Of a stretch of DNA of 64,000 bases, positions 24,701 to 34,238 are shown piece by piece; the first letter of the stretch is position 1; each line of letters opens with the position of its first letter. This DNA comes from Massalongia carnosa. Lineage: Eukaryota. The notes beneath the pieces were generated by a model. That model did no database searches. It was given only the letters and a program-made list of their open reading frames with translations, and was not told the origin of the DNA. The position numbers and the translations under genes were made by a program. The DNA lies in NCBI GenBank assembly GCA_965645245.1, contig OZ287068.1:248001-312000 (forward strand). Direction: 5' to 3'.

Positions 24701-25701
24701 TAGTGGTGGTCGATCGTCTATCGAAACGACGGCACTTCTCTCCATGCCTCACCACGATCAATGCTCAGGAACTTGCTGAACTCTTTCTTCGAGATATTTG
24801 GAAACTACACGGGTTGCCGAGCACCGTAGTATCGGATCGTGGAGTGCTCTTTGTATCGGAATTTTTGAAAAAGCTCTGTCAACTACTGGGTATCAAGAGC
24901 CTGTTATCAACGGCCTTCCATCCAGAAACGGACGGTCAAACCGAGCGAGTAAACGCCTCCATGGAACAATACCTTCGAAGCTACACGGACTATCTTCAAG
25001 ACGATTGGGCAAGTTGGTTACCCATGGCAGAATTCACAGGGAACAATGTAGTGTCCGAGACGACTGGGTGCAGCCCATTCCTGGCCGAGATGGGATTTCA
25101 TCCGAGAATGGGATTCGAATCGGTTGAGCCCTCTCGATCCCCAGCCAGTCTAAACGCAGGGGAGTTCGCCAAGAAGATGGAAGATATCTCGTCCGTGCTA
25201 CAGGAAGAGATGAAGTTCGCGCAAGCCAGGTACGAGACTGGAGCCAATGAACATCGTGTACCAGCACCAAGTTACCAAGCAGGAGACGAAGTATGGTTGA
25301 GTACTAAGAACATCCGTACTCAAAGACCTGCTCGAAAGCTCGACTGGAAAAACCTGGGTCCATTCAAGATATCTAAGGTGGTAAGCAAATACGCGTATCA
25401 ACTCGAGCTGCCCCCCGGCATGAAAATTCATCCTGTGTTCCACGTATCCCTTCTCTCGCCCGTGCCGCAACACCCTCATCCCGATCACATCCCCCCTCCC
25501 GCACCACCTGTTGAAGTCGAAGGCGAAGAAGAATACGAGGTTGAAGAAATTCTCGACTCCAAGAAATTTCGAAACCGCCTAAAGTACCTGGTGCAATGGA
25601 CGGGCTGGAACGACCCCACCAGGGAGTATGCTGAGTATGTTACTAACGCCAAGGAAAGGGTAGCAGAATTTCATCAACGATACCTAGCCAAGCCACGATA
25701 A
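21700..25701 (+). CDS. Gypsy Pol (PR-RT-RH-IN-chromodomain), reached by -1 frameshift
   Basis: LIDCGA, YIDDIL, VDASD, HDSPVAGHPG..C..C, SDRG, TDGQTER and YEVEEILD..YLVQWTGW. The frame is open from the slippery site at 21700. Confidence 0.95.
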   Translation, partial: GKRVVFGLSRPRRRSEGVPVSISAFSLSEDSLDGRHCVISIALSVENRVIHTHALIDCGASGYAFIDSSFARKNSLPFTPLVRPRILEVVDGRPAAAGKLTHLIKSRMRINRHSEQGSFLVTQLGHYPVVLGVKWLQIHDPSVSWTENTLTFSSTYCFQECLENKHVPLVILGLPDPSEGTPESASSLSLKTVESRKNEVSCMKTPETLKVSENKVSRSTPRTLEVRVLNAPSSPESRTLLEPPISNARPMTVCTESPDPSPMSIYMVGAAPFSTLMKDRKNEIFTASMYEIDKALEQLRNPREKFNLSASSLEDIAKSLKPKKIIDPASIVPVEFHDLLDVFSKQEADKLPPHRSYDHKIVLKEGAIPSSGPLYKMSAPELLVLQKYLKENLAKGFIRASSSPCSSPVLFARKPSGGLRFCVDYRALNAITIKNRYPIPLIQETLDRLAKAMIFSKFDIIAAFNKLRMQSGQEWMTAFKTRYGLFEYEVLPFGLSGGPGSFQHYINDVLREYLDAFCTAYIDDILVYSKSKKEHKIHVRKVLEALRSAGLQLDIEKCEFFVTETTYLGLIISDKGIKMDPRKVQTIKDWITPKNIKDIQAFVGFANFYRRFVKGFSAIASPLIKLTKKGTVFSWNSECEAAFQRLKNAFVSDLILMHFDPEKKIVVEVDASDWVVGGVLSQYDDEGVLRPVAFFSKKHAPAEINYEIYDKELMAIIRAFEEWRSELEGAAFPIQVISDHKNLEYFMTTKQLSRRQARWSEYLSRFDFQIMYRPGKSGGKPDALTRRSQDLPKGEDDPRIKIQHQVVLKPRNLELLANGLADEPLEENVEASEQSEPLEIASDQDEIKTLEELWQEALEKDLFPMRILELLRSGARHSKEISLAECTEMDGRLHYRGKMYVPDSHALKMRLCKSVHDSPVAGHPGRAKTFDLLQRHYYWPRFYQFVARYVQHCQVCARSKPSRQGKMGVLKPLPVPERRWQDISMDFVTGLPESSGFDAILVVVDRLSKRRHFSPCLTTINAQELAELFLRDIWKLHGLPSTVVSDRGVLFVSEFLKKLCQLLGIKSLLSTAFHPETDGQTERVNASMEQYLRSYTDYLQDDWASWLPMAEFTGNNVVSETTGCSPFLAEMGFHPRMGFESVEPSRSPASLNAGEFAKKMEDISSVLQEEMKFAQARYETGANEHRVPAPSYQAGDEVWLSTKNIRTQRPARKLDWKNLGPFKISKVVSKYAYQLELPPGMKIHPVFHVSLLSPVPQHPHPDHIPPPAPPVEVEGEEEYEVEEILDSKKFRNRLKYLVQWTGWNDPTREYAEYVTNAKERVAEFHQRYLAKPR

Positions 25702-26014
25702 GCTCACACCGTCCTGAAGGTATAAAGCCTGCGTGGAAGCAGGCCTTGAAGGGGGAGCTACTGTCATGGTGTGAGCGCGAGATGCTCTGCTAAGCGATAC
25801 CTCCCGACACGCTAAATGTTTTAGGTATCGCGTTAGCCTTAGTGGGGAGCTAACCGCATTCAGGTAAGGAAATGGGTTCCGGGAGTTACATGGAAAATCT
25901 CTGCAGCAATTGATGCTTTCTTCCTTGTGTTCGTCTTGTCTATCTAGTATAGTCATAGCTAGCAATGCCACCACCTTCACCACCTGAATAGGCCCCCGTT
26001 GCCGCCTCGTCACA

Positions 26015-27249
26015 CTATCAGTCTTTCGCAATACCGATTGTTTATTAGTGAGTTTTTGAAGAACTGATGACGGATTGTATGGTACTAATCCGGTTGCTCT
26101 CCATGCAGTCAGCACGTTTTTTGTGTTGATTGCTTCTTTTCTTGCTTTTTGAATGATCTTCAGAAAATCCACCTTGTCCACTGAACAGACGTTGAATCGG
26201 GTGACGACCTCCAATTGTTTTTTGTACTCCCGTGATAAGGGCCCAAAAACACTCACGTCCAGAGGTTGCAACATATGGGTAGTATGTGGAGGTAGACACA
26301 AAAGAATGATTTTCTTTTCGTTGCAAAACTTGATGAATTCGGTAGAAATATGGGAAGCATGACCATCTACTATAAGAAGTCGATATTCACCGTGTAGATA
26401 TTTTGCAGTAGCAGGTTCAAAACACTTTTTCAACCAATCAAGACCTAGTTCATTGTCTGTCCATCCGTTTTCGCTGGTAGCTATTTCAGTGTCAATGTCC
26501 TCCAGTGCATCGTACCAGGCCTTTTGCTTGTTGACTCCTTTGAAGATGACGAAAAGAGGTAAACTTCGACCGGTAGTACAAATGGACTCGATCAATGACA
26601 CCCATTCTCGATTACCTGACTGTGCTGAAAAGGCTTGCTTTTCGTGCTTAGAAATTACTACTTTAGCACTAGCAGCTACCCCCATCATGAATCCCTTTTC
26701 GTCCATGTTGTAGATGTCTTCATCAAGAATTCCGTGCTTTTCTTTCATGGAGAGGAAAAGGTCAAACCAGTGCTGAAATATCTCTTCATTCTCAGCGAAT
26801 AATCGTTCTTGATCTAGTGTGCGACTGTATTTAGCCTGCAGATCGGGATGACGATGTAAAAAATACTGTTGCCAATTGACTCCTAGCACAGTATGATTCC
26901 CCCTTGCTCGTAGTAATTCTATGGCCATCTGACGTAGCTGAGCTATTTTAGCAGGCCAGCCCCAGGCGTACAGTTGTAAAACCCAGTTCTTCAAAGCGTC
27001 TTCCTCCTCGGGGGTCAGCAGTTGTTTAGTTTGATCAGACGTAAATCGTGATTGACGACCCTGAATGCGGGCATGAAGGGTAGACTTTGAAACATCATAT
27101 AGAAAAGCTGCCTTCGTAATGGAAAGAGCTCCATCGGCCTGTTTCCAGGCCAAAAAGGCTGACTGTAATCGTTGTTGATAGGTGGAGGTGGGGTGAAAAC
27201 ATGAAGGAATGGAGGTCTTGTGGGAGGTGGTTTTTTTACCTACACCCAT
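26015..27249 (-). CDS. pogo/Fot1 transposase N-terminal part (HTH, CENP-B HTH, DDE_1)
   Basis: YNMDEKGF, LLIVDGHASH and THMLQPLDVSVF motifs. It joins in frame to 20157-19380 when Gypsy is removed (2013 nt, 670 aa). Confidence 0.92.
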
Positions 27250-27427
27250 GATTATAAAGTTTCAAAATGATGAATATAATCTACTGTGATGTCTGAAGCT
27301 GAATTTGTATGTAAAATGTATGTAATGAAGGCTTCATCATCTAGAGTGGTAAAAAAGTGATGATTTCGGAATTACTTAGTCCCGTTGCCCAGTTTGTCCC
27401 GTTGTCCCGTTGCCCAGTGAGTTACGT

Positions 27428-28318
27428 TAAGTAACCGGATTCGGGTTAGTTCGCTAGCTATTTCGTTAATGGTTTCATCCGTTCTGGCCTTGTACGTGTA
27501 AAATTTTCTTTTCAGCATCATTCGACCCTGACTATCCACCCCGTGTACTTTGTATAACGTCATCCAGATATTGTGGGCGTATCTCTCCTCCTCACTGCAG
27601 TGTGTCTGTTGATCTTTGTTTAAAATAGGAGGGATGGATAGAGAATGATGGACCCAATGCACAGAAAATAGGTGGCAGAGTGCCAGAAGTCTCTGGATAA
27701 TACAGAACTTCTATGAATGAAATAATTCAGATTATTGCGACTAATCTCTATGCTATGCGTAGGAGTGATGCTATATACATATTGAGCACAGAACATTCGA
27801 ATGTCTATAGACCTGAATTTCTAAGCATCGAAGATACCAGAAATTCTCAGATGTAGCTATTCCCATAACTATCAGTAAAATACGCGAAGGCATTCGCATA
27901 TTACGTCAGATATGATCCAGCTGGCTTGGCATTCGCAACATTCTTCTTCCAAGTTGTTGTTGATCCACATCTTGGCGTGGTTGTTGTCGATCCACCATGC
28001 CCGGTGGTCGTTCGGTCTGATCCTTACATCAGGTTCTGGTATGGTCCCCTTCACCAGGTCCCATAGCAGCTTGGCATCGAGGGATATTCTCATGTTCCTG
28101 GCCCAAGATTGATAGTTGTCCCTGTTCAGCTTGGTAACTTTTATGTCTCCCTTCAAGAGACCCTTCAGGTAGGTGTTATCCAACACCTGAGGTGGTTGCG
28201 TATTCTGGACACCACCGGGCGACATCGACCTGCCGCCCTCCCTTTCGATGGTAGTGAACGGCGACTCGGTCGCCCGACCTTCACGGCCCCGAGTGGTGCT
28301 CTGTGGGGTGGACTCCAT
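27428..28318 (-). pseudogene. Copia A gag N-terminus, interrupted by a solo LTR
   Basis: MESTPQSTTRGREG...NNNLEE | DQQTHCSEEE..., matching Copia B gag. Confidence 0.9.
27617..27940. mobile_element. Solo LTR (324 bp) of an unrelated LTR family
   Basis: TGTT...AACA termini and TSD ATCTT/TTCTT (one mismatch). The flanks rejoin Copia A gag exactly, and there is no similarity to the A/B LTRs. Confidence 0.8.
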
Positions 28319-28576
28319 CGGAATCGTTTCTGGGGTGGGGGTTTAGTGGAACAAATCAATCACTCAGTCTAGCTAACCGGGCTCATAACCTGTTGGAACT
28401 GTGACTGCAACGGGCGGAATGGTAGCACTGGGCAGTTGATATGACTAGTTCGACAAACGAGTTCTTGCACATGCAAAACAAACTGGGAGAAACGATTGAC
28501 TTTCTACCACTACGTAGGGTAAAACTGCTCCTATTTATGCCCGTCCACCAGCGATTCCAGAAGCTTCCATTTCCAT

Positions 28577-31500
28577 TGTTAAAACGGGCAACCGATGCCA
28601 AATACCGAAACTAGCTGACAAAGCAATTTGCATCTACCTCGGCAAGGAATGGCCTGTGGCGGTGGCAAATTTGCATGGAGTCAGAAATCGCATCGGAAGA
28701 AACAGCCGGTGAGATGGGAATGGAGGCTTCTGGAATGACTGGTGGACGGGGCATAAATAGGAGCAGTTTTACCCTACGTAGTGGTAGATAGTCAATCGTT
28801 TCTCCCAGTTTGTTCTGCATGTGCAAGAACTCGTTTGTCGAACTAGTCATATCAATTACCCAGTGCTACCATTCCGCCTGTTGCAGTCACAGTTCCAACA
28901 GGTTATGGGCCCGGTCAGCTAGACTGAGTGATTGATTTGTTCCACCAAACCCCCACCCCAGAAACGATTCCGATGGAGTCCACCCTAGAGAGCACCACTG
29001 GGGGCCGTGAAGGTCGGGCGACCGAGTCGCCGTTCACTACCATCGAAAGGGAGGGCGGCAGGTCGATGTCGCCCGGTGGTGTCAGAAATAGGCAACCACC
29101 TCAGGTGTTGGATAACACCTACCTGAAGGGTCTCTTGAAGGGAGACATAAAAGTTACCAAGCTGAACAGGGACAACTATCAATCTTGGGCCAGGAACATG
29201 AGAATATCCCTCGACGCCAAGCTGCTATGGGACCTGGTGAAGGGGACCATACCAGAACCTGATGTAAGGATCAGACCGAACGACCACCGGGCATGGTGGA
29301 TCGACAACAACCACGCCAAGATGTGGATCAACAACAACTTGGAAGAAGATCAACAGACACACTGCAGTGAGGAGGAGAGATACGCCCACAATATCTGGAT
29401 GACGTTATACAAAGTACACGGGGTGGATAGTCAGGGTCGAATGATGATGCTGAAAAGAAAATTTTACACGTACAAGGCCAGAACGGATGAGACCATTGAC
29501 GAAATAGCTAGCGAACTAACCCGAATCCGGTTACTTATTCGGAACATTCGATCATCCGAGGCACCTAGTGATTTTGATGTTGCTATGTGTTTAATGAACG
29601 CGGTCGACCACGAACAGTATGAGTTCGTTAAACTACACCTCGAGGAAGATAACAACCTCACTCTCGAATACGCAAAGCAGCGACTAAGAACGGTCGAGCA
29701 AAAACTCGTTGATAAGGGACAAAAGGAAATTGCTAACAAGGTTCTCACCACTTTGCATGGTTTGTGTTTTCACTGTCACAAGCCCGGGCATTTCAAGACC
29801 GAGTGCCCTGAATGGCTGAAGACTGACGCTGGAAAATCGTTCAGCAAGAGAAAAGCAAAAGAAGGTAGCAAAGAAGGTGAAGAAGGGACCAAGGCAAATA
29901 AGTCCGAAAACGGCAGCGGAGCACCCCCTCGGAAAAAGCCCGGAAAGACAAAGCATAGGCGGAAGGGAAATGCTCGACAGGCTCAAGAAGAGCAGGAAAA
30001 TGAGGCCTCGGAGTCGGAAGATGACGAAGAGATAGGCTTCATGATAAAGGAATGGAACGGGAGGAGTGAAGAAATCCTGAAGACAGAGGTCTCGGAAGAA
30101 ATCCTGGAGACAGTGGTCTCGGACGAAAACCTGGAGACGGTGGTCTCGGATAAGGCCAGGAAGGCGGACATCTTCATTAAAACTCCTCGGGGTGACAGAG
30201 ATTTGGGCAGGTGGATTATCGACTCAGGGGCGAGTCGGCACATGACGCCCGACAGGAAACTGTTCACCAAGTTCCGGAATATGCTAACCAGTGTCACCAT
30301 TGCAGATGGGACAAAGCTATCGTCGCCCGGAAGGGGTGACATCAGTGTGGACCTTGGAGGAAAGAAGGTCCGGATGGAAAATGTTCTGTGGGTACCTCGG
30401 CTTGATTCGAATTTGCTGTCCATAAAGGCTCTGAATCGGAAAGGGCTCAGCATTCTTTTCCGCCCAGAGGGGGTGGAAATCACCAGAGACGGTACCTCGG
30501 TCGCCACCGGTTTCTTTAAGGGCAACATGTTTCTACTCCGAAACTCGGAAGTTGCATTGGAAACTGGAGTGCAGGAAGACCAGGAAGAACAGAAAGAACA
30601 GGAAGAACAGGAAGTTCCGCAGGAAGTCCAGACAAGGGAATTGGTCGGGACTCAGCGAAGCGAGCCAAGGGCAGGGCCAAGTAAGTCGAAGTCAGAACAG
30701 GCCAAAATAAGCGCATATTTACTCTGGCACTCTCGACTGGGGCACGTCAGCGCTCGAAGAATTCAACTTTTGTCCAAGAAAATTCCGGAAGCAGGGAAAG
30801 CAATAGACATTGAAGGCACCCCTTTATCATTTTTTGACAAGGTGGAGTGCTCAGTCTGTAATTATACTAAGATGACTAGGGCCGTTTACCGCGTACCCCC
30901 TCGCCGAGTTGATAGGAAACTAGGGAGAGCATATAGCGATGTCTGGGGGCCATATCGAATAACTAGCCTAAATGGCTACCGATACTTCATCAATTTTGTG
31001 GACGAGTTCACCAGGAAATCGTGGTTGGAGCTCATGAAAAGTCGAAAGGAAGTTCAGGGAAAAGTACTAGAGTGGAAGAAGGTGGCAGAAGTGGATTCAG
31101 GTGAAACTCTCGCCAAGCTACGAACTGACAATGCAAAGGAGTTCGAGCACATGGCGAATAACCTCAGAAAGGAAGGGGTCGTTATGGAATTTACTACCCC
31201 ACACACACCGGAAGAAAACGGCATGGCCGAACGATTAAATCGAACCATCATTCAGATGGCTCGAGCTATGCTACATTGGGCCGAACTACCGAAGACCTTT
31301 TGGGGGGAAGCAGCTAAGACAGCAAACTACCTCCGAAACGTGCTTCCATTGGCCAATAATCAGCCTTCACCAGATGAACAATGGTATGGTTATGCACCTG
31401 TCATCGACCACATTCGAACCTTTGGGTGTTTAGTGCATGCGCACGTACCAAGTGCCAGCAGAGCTAAACTAGATCTGGTATCGTTCCAGGGGATTTTCGT

Positions 31501-34064
31501 TGGCTACCATTCGCATCACCAATTTAGGATTTATAATCCAAAGTCTCGACGAATCGAATGGCACACCTCAGTAAAATTTCTAGAAGACACACCTGGAGGC
31601 ACCCTTCTAAAACCACCTACTAAGCCGGAGCAGTGGGAGTCTGACCAGGAAAACCAGAGTGATGATGATTCAGACGACTCCGACCAGAACGAGTCTAGCC
31701 AATCACATCACAGTCCCTCATCTGGCCCTACAGGAAGAATAACACATGGACAATCTCTCGGAGAAGACGTTCCCGAAGCAGTGGGAGACAGAGAAGTTGT
31801 TCCCCTAACTGACCCAAACAACTCTGACAAAGGAGCAGACGTGCTCCCAAATACACCAAAAATTGGTACGGTTCGGAGCAGCGACGCTCCAAAATCAAAA
31901 AGGCAAGGGAAAACTCTGGTTCAAAAATCCAAACCGAAAGGGAGGGAAATTGAACAACCAATTAGACGTAGCACGCGGACAACTAAACCATATGATCGAT
32001 ACGCTTTTGACAATGAACAGGGCCGTTCAGCAATCAATAACCTTCGGAGAATACCTGAACCCAGAACATTTCAAGAGGCCATTCACTGCCAATACAAACG
32101 CTGGTGGATAATATCGATCAAAGATGAACTCCATGCGCTGATAGCAAATGGCACATGGATAATTGTCCGATTACCACCCGACCGAAGGGCAATCACCTCC
32201 AAATGGGTGTTCAAGGTAAAATATACCCCCACTGGCCTAGTCGATCGATTTAAAGCAAGACTAGTCGCCCGAGGATTCACTCAGAAGTATGGGTTTGACT
32301 ATGAAGAGACTTTTTCACCCACACTGAGGATGGAGTCACTCCGGATGCTACTCTCATTGGCTATTCGTTTCGGTTTATATGTTGAACAGATGGATGTACC
32401 AAACGCCTACCTTCGAGGTGACCTAGACGAGGAGGTCTACATGGAAATCCCTGAGGGGCTAGACCTGCCCCCCAACACTCCAAAAGGTATGGTGTTACGT
32501 CTTCTGAAAGGACTCTATGGCCTAAAACAATCTGGTCGTATCTGGAACAAGAAGATAAAGGCTTTCTTGATTTCGATCGGATTCATCCAATTAACAGCCG
32601 ACAATTGTGTCTACATTAACCATTCGACAAAGGTCATAATATCATTGTATGTCGACGACCTACTGATTTTTTCGAGGACAATGGCCCCAATCAACTCCGT
32701 CAAGAAACAGCTGCATGAGGAGTACAACATGAAGGACCTAGGCCCAGTCAAACAAATCCTAGGCATTCGGGTCCGAAAGGAGGAAAGCCGATTGGCCCTT
32801 GATCAAACTCAGTATATCAACAACTTTCTGAAGGAATATTCGATGGACGAGGCACGGACAGTGCAAACTCCAATTGACGGATATGAGGCCCTAACACCCG
32901 CTCGGCCCGAAGAGGAACGGACCAACCAGCTGGACTACCAAAAGCGAATCGGTAGTGCCATGTACGCCATGATTGGAACTAGGCCTGATATAGCCTTTGC
33001 CGTCGGAAAGTTAAGTCAGTTCAGTCATGATCCTACCATTCGACATATGAACGCACTAAATCGGGTGCTCCGATATTTGAAAGGAACCACTGACTTGGCT
33101 TTGATATATGAGTCTGACAACACTTCTAGCACCCCAGTGTGCTATGCAGACGCGGCCTATGGTGATGATAAGGTGGATAGGAAATCCACCTATGGCACAG
33201 TGATGATGATGGGAGGTGGGGCGGTCATGTGGACCAGTAAAAAACAACGAACCACATCAACCTCCACCACCGAGGCTGAATATGTGGCCTTATGCCATGC
33301 GAGTAAGGACATCGTCTGGGCGACCAGATGGATAAATGAACTCGGATTCAACAATGTCTTAACCGAACCAATGGTGCTGGCCGGAGACAACAAAGGCAGT
33401 CACGACCTAATCAAAAACCCCGAACATCACAGTCGAACGAAGCACATTGACGTCCAATATCACTATATTCGGGAGGTCGTCGAAGACGGAACTGCTACTA
33501 TAAAGTATGTCCCTACCAAGGAGATGGTAGCAGACATCTTTACCAAGCCATTGACCCCAGCAACCTTCAATGACATGCGAGGCCGGTTAGGTCTAAGGGA
33601 ATGGTAGGAAGGTAGGCTAGCTTTTCAGCTACCCCGTCTCATTGGATAAAAGGACCAATGGACATGCACCATGGAGGTTTCATATGTCACCACTTTCTTT
33701 TACTTAAAAGGGAGTCCATCAGCTACTTTCGGAGTGGGAGTGTTAAAACGGGCAACCGATGCCAAATACCGAAACTAGCTGACAAAGCAATTTGCATCTA
33801 CCTCGGCAAGGAATGGCCTGTGGCGGTGGCAAATTTGCATGGAGTCAGAAATCGCATCGGAAGAAACAGCCGGTGAGATGGGAATGGAGGCTTCTGGAAT
33901 GACTGGTGGACGGGGCATAAATAGGAGCAGTTTTACCCTACGTAGTGGTAGATAGTCAATCGTTTCTCCCAGTTTGTTCTGCATGTGCAAGAACTCGTTT
34001 GTCGAACTAGTCATATCAATTACCCAGTGCTACCATTCCGCCTGTTGCAGTCACAGTTCCAACA
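28577..34064 (+). mobile_element. Intact Ty1/Copia element B, same family as A, inserted in reverse into A's 5' LTR
   Basis: 324-bp LTRs 28577-28900 and 33741-34064 look identical by eye. TSD TCCAT (28572-76 / 34065-69), PBS GGTTATGGGCCC (28901-12, half-tRNAiMet type as in copia/Ty5) and PPT GGAGTGGGAG. Confidence 0.97.
28973..33607 (+). CDS. Copia Gag-Pol polyprotein (gag, CCHC, PR, IN, RT, RH)
   Basis: Single uninterrupted ORF with WIIDSGAS, WHSRLGH, SDVWGP, TDNAKEF, NGMAER, LYVDDL, YADAAY and KHIDVQYH. Confidence 0.96.
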   Translation: MESTLESTTGGREGRATESPFTTIEREGGRSMSPGGVRNRQPPQVLDNTYLKGLLKGDIKVTKLNRDNYQSWARNMRISLDAKLLWDLVKGTIPEPDVRIRPNDHRAWWIDNNHAKMWINNNLEEDQQTHCSEEERYAHNIWMTLYKVHGVDSQGRMMMLKRKFYTYKARTDETIDEIASELTRIRLLIRNIRSSEAPSDFDVAMCLMNAVDHEQYEFVKLHLEEDNNLTLEYAKQRLRTVEQKLVDKGQKEIANKVLTTLHGLCFHCHKPGHFKTECPEWLKTDAGKSFSKRKAKEGSKEGEEGTKANKSENGSGAPPRKKPGKTKHRRKGNARQAQEEQENEASESEDDEEIGFMIKEWNGRSEEILKTEVSEEILETVVSDENLETVVSDKARKADIFIKTPRGDRDLGRWIIDSGASRHMTPDRKLFTKFRNMLTSVTIADGTKLSSPGRGDISVDLGGKKVRMENVLWVPRLDSNLLSIKALNRKGLSILFRPEGVEITRDGTSVATGFFKGNMFLLRNSEVALETGVQEDQEEQKEQEEQEVPQEVQTRELVGTQRSEPRAGPSKSKSEQAKISAYLLWHSRLGHVSARRIQLLSKKIPEAGKAIDIEGTPLSFFDKVECSVCNYTKMTRAVYRVPPRRVDRKLGRAYSDVWGPYRITSLNGYRYFINFVDEFTRKSWLELMKSRKEVQGKVLEWKKVAEVDSGETLAKLRTDNAKEFEHMANNLRKEGVVMEFTTPHTPEENGMAERLNRTIIQMARAMLHWAELPKTFWGEAAKTANYLRNVLPLANNQPSPDEQWYGYAPVIDHIRTFGCLVHAHVPSASRAKLDLVSFQGIFVGYHSHHQFRIYNPKSRRIEWHTSVKFLEDTPGGTLLKPPTKPEQWESDQENQSDDDSDDSDQNESSQSHHSPSSGPTGRITHGQSLGEDVPEAVGDREVVPLTDPNNSDKGADVLPNTPKIGTVRSSDAPKSKRQGKTLVQKSKPKGREIEQPIRRSTRTTKPYDRYAFDNEQGRSAINNLRRIPEPRTFQEAIHCQYKRWWIISIKDELHALIANGTWIIVRLPPDRRAITSKWVFKVKYTPTGLVDRFKARLVARGFTQKYGFDYEETFSPTLRMESLRMLLSLAIRFGLYVEQMDVPNAYLRGDLDEEVYMEIPEGLDLPPNTPKGMVLRLLKGLYGLKQSGRIWNKKIKAFLISIGFIQLTADNCVYINHSTKVIISLYVDDLLIFSRTMAPINSVKKQLHEEYNMKDLGPVKQILGIRVRKEESRLALDQTQYINNFLKEYSMDEARTVQTPIDGYEALTPARPEEERTNQLDYQKRIGSAMYAMIGTRPDIAFAVGKLSQFSHDPTIRHMNALNRVLRYLKGTTDLALIYESDNTSSTPVCYADAAYGDDKVDRKSTYGTVMMMGGGAVMWTSKKQRTTSTSTTEAEYVALCHASKDIVWATRWINELGFNNVLTEPMVLAGDNKGSHDLIKNPEHHSRTKHIDVQYHYIREVVEDGTATIKYVPTKEMVADIFTKPLTPATFNDMRGRLGLREW

Positions 34065-34238
34065 TCCATCTCATCGGTTCCTTCTTCCGATGCGCTTTCT
34101 GACTTCATACAAATTTGCCACCGCCACAAGCCTTTCCTTACCGAGTGTAGATGCAAATTGCTTTGTCAGCTGGTTTCGGTACAAGGTACTTGGCAACAGT
34201 TTCAATATCTCTTAACTACCAGTATGACCTTGATGTAG

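Larger units (their letters stand above)
20163..26014 (+). mobile_element. Intact Ty3/Gypsy chromovirus LTR retrotransposon
   Basis: 253-bp LTRs 20163-20415 and 25762-26014 look identical by eye. TSD CTATC (20158-62 / 26015-19), PPT gaagggggag before the 3' LTR, and uninterrupted gag and pol. Confidence 0.97.
19232..27427 (-). mobile_element. pogo/Fot1-like DNA transposon, interrupted by Gypsy
   Basis: TA TSDs at 19230-31 and 27428-29. TIRs begin ACGTAACTCACTGGGCAACGGGAC (left 19232-19275, right 27376-27427). The flanks rejoin the Copia A sequence. Confidence 0.95.
8758..34198 (-). mobile_element. Ty1/Copia LTR retrotransposon A (degenerate), host of the nested stack
   Basis: TGTT...AACA termini with 5-bp TSD GTTTC (8753-8757 / 34199-34203). 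3' LTR 8758-9079 is followed on + by the PPT complement ctcccactcc. 5' LTR is split into 28391-28576 and 34070-34198. PBS GGTTATGAGCCC lies at 28379-28390 (minus). Confidence 0.92.
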
